DNA from: Cyanidioschyzon merolae | Lineage: Eukaryota | Assembly (NCBI GenBank): GCA_000091205.1 | Contig: AP006486.2 | Length of the DNA: 64,000 nucleotides | Strand: one strand, 5' to 3' | Shown here: positions 1-10,185 of the stretch, piece after piece | How positions within the stretch are numbered: the stretch's first letter is position 1 | How the letters are laid out: each line of letters starts with the position of its first letter | Translations under genes and position numbers: made by a program | Notes under the pieces: model-generated | Told to the model about the DNA's origin: nothing | What the model saw: only the letters and a program-made list of their open reading frames with translations | Database searches by the model: none

Positions 1-99
1 CGTGCTATTTGATCAACAAGTCCAGTATTTGAGCTCTATTTGCGCAAACGGTGTCAGTTACCAGACGATAAACGCAACCTCTGCAGTGCAGGCTTCCAT

Positions 100-190
100 T
101 TCTCACGACTAGTGCAACCACCTCCATCACCAGCACCACCAGCATCACCACCAGCAGCAGTAGCAGCAGCGGTAGCCGCAGCACGACCAC
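100..190. repeat. Imperfect trinucleotide low-complexity tract (CAC/CAG/CAGCAG)
   Basis: Visible run 'caccagcaccaccagcatcaccaccagcagcagtagcagcagcggtagccgcagc'; both-strand ORFs over it are compositional artefacts. Confidence 0.6.
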
Positions 191-338
191 GTCCAGAACA
201 ACGTGTGGTCTGCGAGCGTACGCCAAGTGGGTGGCTTTTCCCTCTTGTGCAGTTTTTGGAGCTCCAGCTCCACGAACATTTCTACGCGAACAGGTTCCGT
301 TCGTCGAAGCTACGGAGCAGTAGCGACACAGCTCACCT

Positions 339-641
339 TCAAAGGTTTAGATAGTTTGCGACGCTGAGCAACTGCAGTGACTTCTCCTCCGGTACCGGGA
401 AGCGCGGCAACTCTGTCCCATACCAGTTGCACTCACACTGTCGGTAATAGTAGACGTAGTCTAGACACCATTCGAGCAGCTCCTCCTCGATATCGTTGAA
501 AGTTATGCAGCGCTCACGCTCTTCGCGAAACCCTGACTCCAGCATAGAGCGTAGCGTCTCGGAGACGGTTGCACAGTGGTAGTGCACGTAGAAGCAGCGC
601 CCACTTGCACCGACGATTTTCACATAGTCCGTAGGTTGCAT
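339..641 (-). CDS. Elongin C-like (Skp1/BTB-fold family) protein
   Basis: 100-aa ORF 'YVKIVGASGRCFYVH...CITFNDIEEELLEWCLDYVYYY...LPRFPVPEEKSLQLLSVANYLNL' is collinear with Elongin C (YVKLISSDGHEFIV...[24 protein letters not shown]), including the C-terminal hydrophobic LxxAANxL motif. Confidence 0.7.
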   Translation of the reverse strand: MQPTDYVKIVGASGRCFYVHYHCATVSETLRSMLESGFREERERCITFNDIEEELLEWCLDYVYYYRQCECNWYGTELPRFPVPEEKSLQLLSVANYLNL

Positions 642-2061
642 CCCATAAACCCGGCCGAGACCCTGCTATACGACTTTTTCGACTCGGTCCGTATTCGTCG
701 AGCAAACCACAGCAACCACTTGGATCTGCTCGGCAACTGCGGCGACTCGGCAGCAACGCCAACCCGTTGAGAAAAGTGTGTCTAGCAAAGTTACCAGCAG
801 CAGCTGCGTTCTTACTGCATTCGCTTCGGCATATGGATCATCCAAGTGACACCTCTGTCAGCATAAGATCGAGGAAGTCCACTTGCGTGGCCCGGTCGTA
901 GACCACAGAGTTTTGTTGTCCTCACATGATTACCAGCACCAGCCTCAGTATTCTTCTCCAACCGATTCCTTTCCCTTCGTCTCGTCTCCGGTTTCCAATA
1001 CACCGGTCTGTAGTCTCCCCAGCTCTATTGCCGGCTGTCGGAAGATGTTGCGGGTAAGGTTCAAGTCCCGATTCCGTCGTTCCCGGCTATTGTGGACGCG
1101 CTCCATGGAGAGACGGAAGTTGCGATCTATGTTTCGGTTCCTGTTTTCATCTTGTTTGTACACAATATCAGTGGACGTTCCTCAGGGGTGACATTTGAAT
1201 GTGGTCAGATGTTCGCCTATGTCTACAGCATCTCCTGATCGTCCTCCTCTTGGAGGCACCTCCGTGTATCGCGTGAACGCTTGCTTCATCATCGCTCTGC
1301 ACATGCCGTTGGCTTGTTCGGTAGGCTCCGCTGGATGCGCTCCTTGGGTTCCAGGTCAGGTGCCATGCGGAAGGATGACGGGCTTCTTCTGGGCGTTCCC
1401 GTCAACGAGTATGGTGTCCGTTGCACACGCAAGCGCACGCTGTCCCATTCGATAGAAGATTTTATGAGCGCGAGGTTGTTCGTATTGAATCCAGTGCCAG
1501 ACGGCGAATGCAGGCTGAAGATCAAGTCGAGAAATCTCGACTCGTCTGGACACCCCCTTTGTACAAAGCGATGATGCGCTCTCCACGAACGGCAATTGTT
1601 GCCGCTTCGACAAGCGATACTTGTTCTCGGTAGATGGTTTTGAATCCATTATCCCTCTGTGCGCTAAGAAGCACCGGACCGACCTGCGTGTATTCCTTCT
1701 ATTCCATGTTTTGTGCAGCACGGAAACCGGTCTCTCACGAAAATGGTCAGTTTTCCAGAATGAAAAGCAATACCAACGTTTCACTTGAAATCCTTCTATT
1801 CAGTGTTCAGCGGAGCAGGTAGACGAGTGCATCAGGTATTCATACGATAGCGTTTGGAGACTCGCACGCGCGCCCCATTTCCATACACCACTTCAGCTCC
1901 TTTTTGTCTCGCTTTGTGCGGACTTGCGCGAGCCAGGTACGATACCGTACCGAAAGCCGCTGTGGAAGCGTCGTATAGGACGCTCCCGGCACTGCCTTGC
2001 TAACGTCCCGAGCTCGAAGGCTGCTCGGAAGCAGGTACCTGGTACCTCCAGGCCAACGGCA

Positions 2062-2889
2062 ATGTTGGGCGTGATTGGTGGCACGTCGCTGTTCCACTCA
2101 CAGCGCTTTGCGGGCTTTGACAGACGACACGTCCATACACCATACGGGGAGGTCGTCTGCTATTGCGACAGTACAGAACCGTCTCTGGTATTCTTGCAGC
2201 GGCACCATGCGGACGCTCATCGTGGTGTTGACGCGTATACGCCTCCACACCGTATAAACCATCGTGCAAACCTGTACGCCTTAAAGCAAGTCGGCGTGGA
2301 CCGCTGTGTAGGTGTCTACAGTGTCGGATCTCTGAACCCCGCAATTCGAGTAGGGACCTGTGTGCTTACCCACGACTTTTGCTCCCTCGCGCAACTCTGT
2401 CGGGCGGAAACGTTTTATGACGAGGACATGCGAGGCCACGCAGTCATCCGCTTTGATCAGATGCTTCGCGACCGAGTTCTGACGTCGCTCAAGGATCTGT
2501 CTGCTGCTTCCCAGATTGGCGATTCGAAGACAGCAGAAACGTCGTCTAAGCAGTCGTTTGTCATGGCTTCAACGGCTTCTGCAGCAATGAGTTTCCACGA
2601 CGGTGGCGTTTACGTGCAAACCGCTGGACCCCGCTTCGAGACACCTGCCGAGGTTCGCATGCTGCGAACGTTCGGAGACGTGGTAGGTATGACTGGTGCC
2701 TCCGAGGCCGTCTGCTGTGGCGAGCTGGGAATCCCCTACATGCAAGTCTGCTTTGTCGATAACCTGGCGAATGGTCTGATCAGTGGAGCAGAACAAACGG
2801 AGATTGCTGAATTTCACGACAATGTGAAGGCTAATCTCAAACGCGTAGAGGTAATTATTGACCGAGTGATTGAGACGTTGCGACATTGA
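2062..2889 (+). CDS. 5'-methylthioadenosine / purine nucleoside phosphorylase (PNP_UDP_1 family, MTAP-like)
   Basis: The ORF spans 1924..2889; the probable start is the Met at 2062 ('MLGVIGGTSL', the family's N-terminal G-rich phosphate loop). 'HTPYGE...LQRHHADAH...NHRANLYALKQVGVDRCVGVYSVGSLNP' and 'VQTAGPRFETPAEVRMLRTFGDVVGMTGASEA' match MTAP/PNP signature regions. The stop is TGA. Confidence 0.8.
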   Translation: MLGVIGGTSLFHSQRFAGFDRRHVHTPYGEVVCYCDSTEPSLVFLQRHHADAHRGVDAYTPPHRINHRANLYALKQVGVDRCVGVYSVGSLNPAIRVGTCVLTHDFCSLAQLCRAETFYDEDMRGHAVIRFDQMLRDRVLTSLKDLSAASQIGDSKTAETSSKQSFVMASTASAAMSFHDGGVYVQTAGPRFETPAEVRMLRTFGDVVGMTGASEAVCCGELGIPYMQVCFVDNLANGLISGAEQTEIAEFHDNVKANLKRVEVIIDRVIETLRH

Positions 2890-4453
2890 GCGCTGTAACC
2901 TGGGCAGGGTATTGCAAGGTCTCGCGCTATCTCGCTTGAACGCCTCGTATGAGTCGTTCACCCGTAGAACGCTTTGAAATGGTGTCGAAACTGGAGCTTG
3001 TCGGATTATACGAGCGCTCCTTTTATAATGGAATGCTTGGTGCGAAAAAAGTATCAAGTGACTGCGCATTGCTGGATATTCGAGCACGATGACAAATAGA
3101 TCATGGCCGTGACAAGCGGCATTCGGACCGGCAACGCGGCAGCTGAGATTGTCTATGGCGCCGAATGCATACAGACTTGCTCTACCAGTTCTTTTAGATC
3201 GAAAGAACATGCGTTCAAGGATATTCGTTCGTTCCATTGAATTTGGGGCTCATCGACAAGTGCCCGCTCAGGCGGAAGCATTCGCAGAGGAGCCATACCT
3301 CCATGCAAACGCTTGCGAGCATGCGTACGGTTTCGTGCACGAATACATGCATACGCTCACAGAAAAACTCAGACAAATGCATATGAATACTAGCCCCGAT
3401 GCGTTGATACATGAGCATCTACCCGTGCACGTGCATACACGAACGTTCACCGCCGTGTACCTCGCTGCAGAAAAGACAAGTGCCTAACGTGCTTGATGGC
3501 GTTTGGCATCGAGGGTTCACCTCTCGGAAAGCATCGCATGCAGCCGGTGATCCGAAACGGATTCCAAAAGTCTCTGGATTCAGAGATACCAATATCAGGA
3601 AACTCTCTGTCGATCAACCGCAAGCAAGCAAGATTGTGCTTTGCAGCGTCGCTGTGCTCCATCAAGATCCATAAACATTTGCTCAACTCCATTATACCGT
3701 TGTTGTTGCATGATGCGAGACATTCACGTAGCGTATCCGCAAGCAAACGCGAGGTTTTTACAGTCTAGAACCCAGCCGGGGCATCGTTCGCGGCAATATT
3801 GGGCACTCAGGCTCCTGTGCTGACGCAGACCAGACTCTCGGTGTCGAGCTGCTACGCACACCCCGCGTATAACATAACATATGAGACAGGTACACATCTG
3901 TTTGCTCCATGCACGCCGGATGTAACCAAGGTCCCCACTGATGCGTGCTGGTCATTGGTCGTCGGGAAATCGATCACCATTACCACCATCATGATCATCA
4001 TTTTCAGCACTTGTCCGCTGGAGAATTGCTCGGCTCTTCTGTCCACGCATGCGGCAGCGTGCACTGCGCAGGGCCTGTAGAGACCATCACCCTACACGCA
4101 AATACTGAAAGCCTCGATCCCATCTTGGTCCACGCGAACGTTCTTACGTACGACCCGTGCACATGCAGGCGCCATTGTATTCACTGAATGAAACGAGTAC
4201 GAGCGGCGCGCGTGAACGCTCATCATTCCTTTCACGAAACTGGGGAAGCTGTGGACCAGGAGCCACGTCCAAGGCCAAGCGCCACCCGATTCAGTGTTTC
4301 GCATCTTGCCTCTTTCGATATCAAGCCTTGGGAAATGCGATCAGAGCGGACGCTCATCCGAACTCCACCCTTTGCAGTTCATGTCATGGGTGTGTACGTC
4401 CCGCGTCCAGAGAGATACCTCACAAACTGAAGGTGATCAGCGTGCGTCTCGCT

Positions 4454-5944
4454 CTAGTTCCGTGAAGCGTGTCGTGTGGTAGCAGCATAGCTGCCGTCCT
4501 CACCTCGCTGAGACCCCAGCGTGCGTATGCGCTGGTGCCAGTGTCGGATACGCTCAACGAGTTTCGCTTGCGAAATCGTCTGCAGTACTCCATCGTGGAC
4601 CACCCGGCGAGCACCTATCCAAACATCCGTCACTTGGTCCGGTCCCGCTCCATAAACCAAAGCCGAACACACATCGTGCACAGGCATTGTTGAGAGGCCA
4701 TCTGCAACTCGTACGGCAATGAAATCGGCTGCCTTGCCAGGTTCCAAGGAACCCAGCAAGTGGTCCAGTCCCAGTGCTCGGGCGCCTTGAATCGTCGCCA
4801 TACGCAGCACCTGATAGGCCGTAAGGCAATCGCTGCGACCTGTACTTCCTTTGGCCAAGAGCGCTGCAAGGCGCATCTCAGCCCACATGTCGAGTCGGTT
4901 GTTACTGGCAGCGCTGTCCGTTCCGAGGGCGACGTTGATGCCGGCGTCCAGCATCTTGGTAAGCGGAAAAACACCACTGCCCAGTTTCAAATTCGACGCT
5001 GGACAGTGCACGACCGAGGCACCTCTCCTGCGCACCAGCTCGATATGCGCATCCGTCACATGCACCATGTGCACAAGAGTCCAGTTTGCAGCCAACAGGC
5101 CGAGTCGCTCTAAGTTGTCCAGTGGCGCACCTGCAAACTCGCTGCGGTGGCAGACAAGTACCCCACGATCCAGCGTTTGACTCGCCTTCACCTCCGCAGC
5201 TGTCTCGTGCATGTGGATGTGCACCCGTCGGCCTTCATCCATCGCTCGTTTCCCGACCTCACGGAGGATTTCCTCTGATACCGAGTAAGTTGCATGGGGC
5301 GCGTAGCTGCTTTCCATTAAGGGAATCTCCCGGTGGGGATTTTCTGGCGAGTCCTTTAGGGTGCCTTCTGCGATGATCTGCGTCAAGCGGCTCGCTTTTT
5401 GAAAGTATTCTTCTGGGCCAGAGCCGTAGCGGCTCGGAAAGTCCACCACGACCATGCCGAGCACTGCACGCATGCCGGCTTCCCGGCACACTTGCGCGGT
5501 GACCTCTGGATACCAGTACATATCGTTTAGGGTGGTGCAACCGCTTCGCAGCAGTTCCGCAACCGCCAGCATGCTACCGTCACGAACAAAGTGCTCGTCG
5601 ACCAGTTCGCGTTCCAGTGGCCAGATCACGCTACGCAGCCAGGTGTCTAGCGCTTGATCGTCTCCAAGTCCTCGAAACAGGCTCATGGCAGCGTGTGTGT
5701 GCGCGTTGATCAGACCAGGAAGCAGAGCGTGCTCAGAGAGGCACACTCGCTCGGCGCTGGGGTACCGCTTCCACGCCTCTTCTCGCGGAAGAACGGCCGC
5801 TATCCGGTCACCCTCTAGAACAAGCGCGTGATCTTCCAGCCATAGCGGCTCGTTGGCATGGGTTTCATCCCATACTGGAAGCAGCCACCGCGCAGCTACC
5901 ACTTGTTGAGCGACGGAACGAGCGCTCCCACGAACCAGGGCCAT
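4454..5944 (-). CDS. Metal-dependent amidohydrolase of the MTA/SAH deaminase (MtaD / TRZ-ATZ) family
   Basis: 496-aa ORF with the family hallmark 'LINAHTHAAMSLFRGLGDDQALDTWLRSVIWPLE' (HxH metal ligands plus the RG..DD..L..WL..IWP.E motif). Downstream are 'HIHMHETAAEV' (metal-binding His) and 'ALGTDSAASNN' (catalytic Asp). Confidence 0.8.
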   Translation of the reverse strand: MALVRGSARSVAQQVVAARWLLPVWDETHANEPLWLEDHALVLEGDRIAAVLPREEAWKRYPSAERVCLSEHALLPGLINAHTHAAMSLFRGLGDDQALDTWLRSVIWPLERELVDEHFVRDGSMLAVAELLRSGCTTLNDMYWYPEVTAQVCREAGMRAVLGMVVVDFPSRYGSGPEEYFQKASRLTQIIAEGTLKDSPENPHREIPLMESSYAPHATYSVSEEILREVGKRAMDEGRRVHIHMHETAAEVKASQTLDRGVLVCHRSEFAGAPLDNLERLGLLAANWTLVHMVHVTDAHIELVRRRGASVVHCPASNLKLGSGVFPLTKMLDAGINVALGTDSAASNNRLDMWAEMRLAALLAKGSTGRSDCLTAYQVLRMATIQGARALGLDHLLGSLEPGKAADFIAVRVADGLSTMPVHDVCSALVYGAGPDQVTDVWIGARRVVHDGVLQTISQAKLVERIRHWHQRIRTLGSQRGEDGSYAATTRHASRN

Positions 5945-8900
5945 TCGAGAGCGAGTGCCCTACAAACTATTGCAACCGCAACGCACCGCCTGTCGAGGAA
6001 TGAGCGCTTTCGTTCAACGCTTCCCGTAACAGCACAGGGGTATGGATCTAGCTGGTGAAGTCGCACGAAAGCCTGGTTAATGGCGGCTTGTCTAATGGAG
6101 CTGAGAGGTATCGGTCGGTGTAGCGAAGAAGTCGCCGTTTGGCTAGCGCTCCTGCGGACAATCGCAAATTCGCTGTTTCGTGAAAACGATCGTGTGGCAT
6201 CCCGAGGGATGAAAAGTGGTTGCCTCTGTATGCGGCAACTCGAGTGCCTTGCAGCTTTTTGCAACCATAGGGACATCAGCAAGCATATGCCGTGCATACC
6301 ACGCCAGGATAGAATCCCAAGATAAAGAATGTTGTATGGTAGAATCCAAGGGTTCTGCAGCGAGAACAGCTCTCTATGCATACCAGTGAACTTTCGAAAT
6401 CTGGTACCCACATGCATTTTTTGTTTCTGTTTGTTGTTCTCGCAAGTATTCAATGGAAGGAATGTATCCTGCAGCTCGTAGAAAGGCCATGGAGAGCCTT
6501 GATGCTGTCGCTGCTCCCCAGAAGAGAACGGTCTTGGTTGTTCAGGTCAATCATTCTACCGAAAAAACGTGGCTTGACGAGACCACAAGTCTCGAAGTCT
6601 CCACTCTGGACGTCGTGAACTCATAACAGAGCTTGCCCAGTCCGATGTACTCGACTGCCTCCTTGTCAATCCATTCTTGGCTTCCGTTCTCTACCATATC
6701 CTATGAAAGGAGCCGCAGGATTTAGAGATTCCGTACGGTTCGTATGAAGGGTGATGAAGAGATTCAGTTGAATAGTGAAAGCGCACGCTTCCACCCGAGA
6801 GTATCGCGTACGGATCAACAAGCTATTGATTTCTTACTGAAGCACCAGCACTTTTCACAGGAGGAACTGGTGTTTGTCCAACTCGACCAGACTCCATCCG
6901 AGAGAAACTGGAGTCATGTATACGGATTGTCAGAGAGGGATAAACCAGTTTACGAACGGCGAGCAACGGCGAGCACATTGGAAACATGCGCCCTAGCGGC
7001 AATCGCGTCTTGTGGTAGACTAGAGATCGCGAAACTGACATGATCGTTGGACATCTCATTCTTTTCCAGAAGCTTTCTGTGGCTTCTCGTCGGCGCATAC
7101 ATCTGTGGTGCTCGTAGACACCGTCGTTTTCTATCGCTCTTTAGCGGTCATGGAGTACTCGACTGAGACTGGCCTTCAGCTGATAATTTTCGATCTGGCC
7201 TCCTCTGCCCTGCTGAATCGAGTCGAGGGCGTCTTCGCTGGTATCCACCTCCATTTTGACGCTCACGGATCAATGAACGAGTCTTTCGCATCCGCCATAC
7301 CGTCCTCCAACCAATCATTTTCAATGTTCACCAGCCCAGACCTGTGTTGCTGCGCATTTGCTCATGCACGGGAGGAAGCGCAGGGCCGCGCTTCGGTCTG
7401 CAGGCGTGCTTACAACGCGGAAGGTGAGGAAAACTTGCCCGAGGAATAACAGACACTTTCATAGAACAGCTTGTTTCGGTCCTACCGTCTAACCAGTGCA
7501 TATTCATCCCGGGGTAAAGGAGGGATACAGCGTATAGCATCCACATACACACCGTGCCGGCCCGTAGAGGAGAAGGAGAAGAAACCAATAGACAGAGAAG
7601 AGAAGCATCTTCACGAAAGGAAGATACAATGGAGCACAAACGATGAACTCATGACGCGGAAAGACCAATCTGCAATCGGTGTCAAGGCCTGCTATCAAAA
7701 CACAACTTCGGCATGTATCTTCCGAAACGTACGCTGCAGGACGCCAGTAGGATTCGCGTATCTTCGCTTACCCTGACACGTCTCATCAAGCATCTATTCG
7801 TAGCAGCACTGGACGCATGGCTGCCAGCTTTCACAACCCTACCGAGGTTCTCGATGAAACCTTCAAGCGACGACTGAAATCCGAGACAGAAAACGCACTA
7901 CGGCCTGATCAGCGGTTGAGCGCTGTGGAGAGGCGTTTTCCAGAATAGCTTGACGCGTCACCGCGTCGAGAAGAACCTCGCCTGCACCGGTACCAAGGGG
8001 TACCGACGCATTCTCAAGAGCCAAATCCATATGCGGGTCAATATCGAGCGCTTTATGCGACATTGGCACACGTGTATTTTGGGCGTTCGGCTCGCTGTAG
8101 CCTGGTCTTGCAAACCCCGAAAAGTGCAAACATATGGGAGGGATTCTTGGAGTGTCGATGGAAACGGGTGACGAGCTTGTGTTCGCGGAAGACATCGAGG
8201 CTGTTGCGAGTTCGGAAACGATGTCACAACGAGAACGAGAGTCGCTCCGCATCACTCAACTTGATGGTGCTGCTTTCGGCCTCGCTGCGGCGATATGCAT
8301 ATCCAAAGCATTTCTGGAACTCGATAGCCGCTTTGCTAGCGCCCTGTTATGCTATCTTTTCCTGAACAGAGTTATACAAAACGAAAGTGACGCTCATCCC
8401 GAATCTGAGGCGCCAGCTAGCCGCCTCACGCGTCCTGGCGAAGCGATCCCTATATACTACATCAAGGCTCACTGTATCACTGCAGGCACGTTCGTAACGT
8501 GCTGTATGGCCTCTTCGACGAGCTGCGACTGGCCCCTGCAGCCCAGCATCAAGAATTCGACGAGCTTCACGAAGGGCATTACGTTCGCTCGCTCGAGGTT
8601 TCACGTTTACTCGGAAGAGATGGGAAAAATTTTACAGGGACGATATAGACCAACGACATATCAGTCTATGCCTACTTTGTGACACCTATACATGAGTCTA
8701 GCAACCAGAATCCTTCGCAACCTTTCAAGGTAGATGCAGAGAATCACTTTCTGGTGAGCGTGGATCCCACGTCTAGCAAAATCATCGCCGTCGCCGTCCC
8801 TCTACATCAAGAGAACGGAGCCAAAGACCTGAAACCGAAACAGATCATATTCCTCAACTTTTTTAGAGCTCGGTACCATTCAGTGTCAGACGTGATGGAC

Positions 8901-9057
8901 CCCAAGAAGCAAACGAACATATGGAATGACGGTGACGGGACATGTTTCGATTCTCTGACCACCGTATCCAGCTGATCGGTGTATGCTTTGTAGGCTTCAG
9001 TCCGAGCGCGTATGAACGTCCAAACGGATCGTGCTAACGATATCCTCCAGAAGTATA

Positions 9058-9235
9058 CGAGGCCGCTAGAAGTGTACAACGGATACGGTTGCACACAGGC
9101 AAGAGGCATCCATTTTGCAGCGTGTTCATTGAATCGGAAAAAAAGAAGTTACCGAGGCCGCTAGAAGTGTACAACGGATACGGTTGCACACAGGCAAGAG
9201 GCATGCATTGTGCAGCGTGTTTATTGAATCGGATC
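9058..9235. repeat. Local tandem duplication (about 2 x 100 bp)
   Basis: 'gaggccgctagaagtgtacaacggatacggttgcacacaggcaagaggcat.cattttgcagcgtgtt.attgaatcgga' occurs twice head-to-tail; overlapping minus-strand ORFs share 'MPLACVQPYPLYTSSGL'. Confidence 0.7.
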
Positions 9236-10185
9236 AAGATAGTACTGAAAAGCCTCTTCGTTAGGTGGTAGCCTACGGCACTGGACGTTCTGTGACGCGC
9301 AAGAACTACACTCCCGCTGGTTCAGCGGCAGCGCACAACGAGTACGCGGACCGATACAGCACGTTCGCAGTCAAAGCGTTTTGAATGACATCAGCGCATC
9401 GCGAGCACAGGTGCAAGCTGAAACAGTTCACGAAGACGATCGTGAACCAGACCCGCGTTTCTGAAATGGTGAACAGTCCGATGACCGATCCTCAAGTACC
9501 GGAGCAGTCGAAGCTAACAAGCTTGCTTCGGTGCGATTCCACCCGCAAGTGCAGGCGAAAGCGCACGCTGCACTGACACTTGAACTCTTCGATGAACGGA
9601 CGGGAAAGTATCGAGCATCGGGAGCATCCGGTGGGTTTGTACACGTCGCACTCGCGAGTGAACCGCCTAGCGCTCAGAGTTGGCATCGTTTTGCAAAGTC
9701 GAGCACGTACGATGAGAGAAACATAAGCAATGGCCAGGAGAAAGGCGAACGGGTACCCGTTTGGGGCAACGTTCCGATATGGTTTGTTCCAGGAATCCAA
9801 TAAGGCTAGAGCGCCGTACATAAACATAAGGCACGGTTTTCCTAGGCAATTTCTGAATGACAATGTTGTCCCATCCTTCCAAGACGCCAAACCGACTGCA
9901 CCAGTTGACCCAAAGACAAGTCGCTTGGTTTCGAAAGCCTCCAGAGATTCTGCGGCTGCTCCTGTGCTTATTACGGTTGTCTAAACAGTATGCCGATGAA
10001 TCTTTGAATGAAGCGACGACATGACAATGACTAGAATACAGTGCACCGTCGATGGTGCACTCCAAGCAGTGCCGCTGTGAGCGCAGCGCCATGCCGCGTC
10101 CCCATTGGAACAACGATGCATTTTCTGATCAGGTTACACGCTTCGGCTGCATAGATGCAGGACATAGACCAAAGATTTTTACAGC

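Noticed and set aside
2569-3237. 222-aa minus-strand ORF
   Set aside because: Antisense to the well-supported MTAP-like CDS, with no family resemblance; a GC-rich antisense artefact.
3250-3480. His/Met-rich ORFs (HANACEHAYGFVHEYMHTLTEK...)
   Set aside because: Driven by a CATG/CATAC-rich low-complexity stretch; not protein-like.
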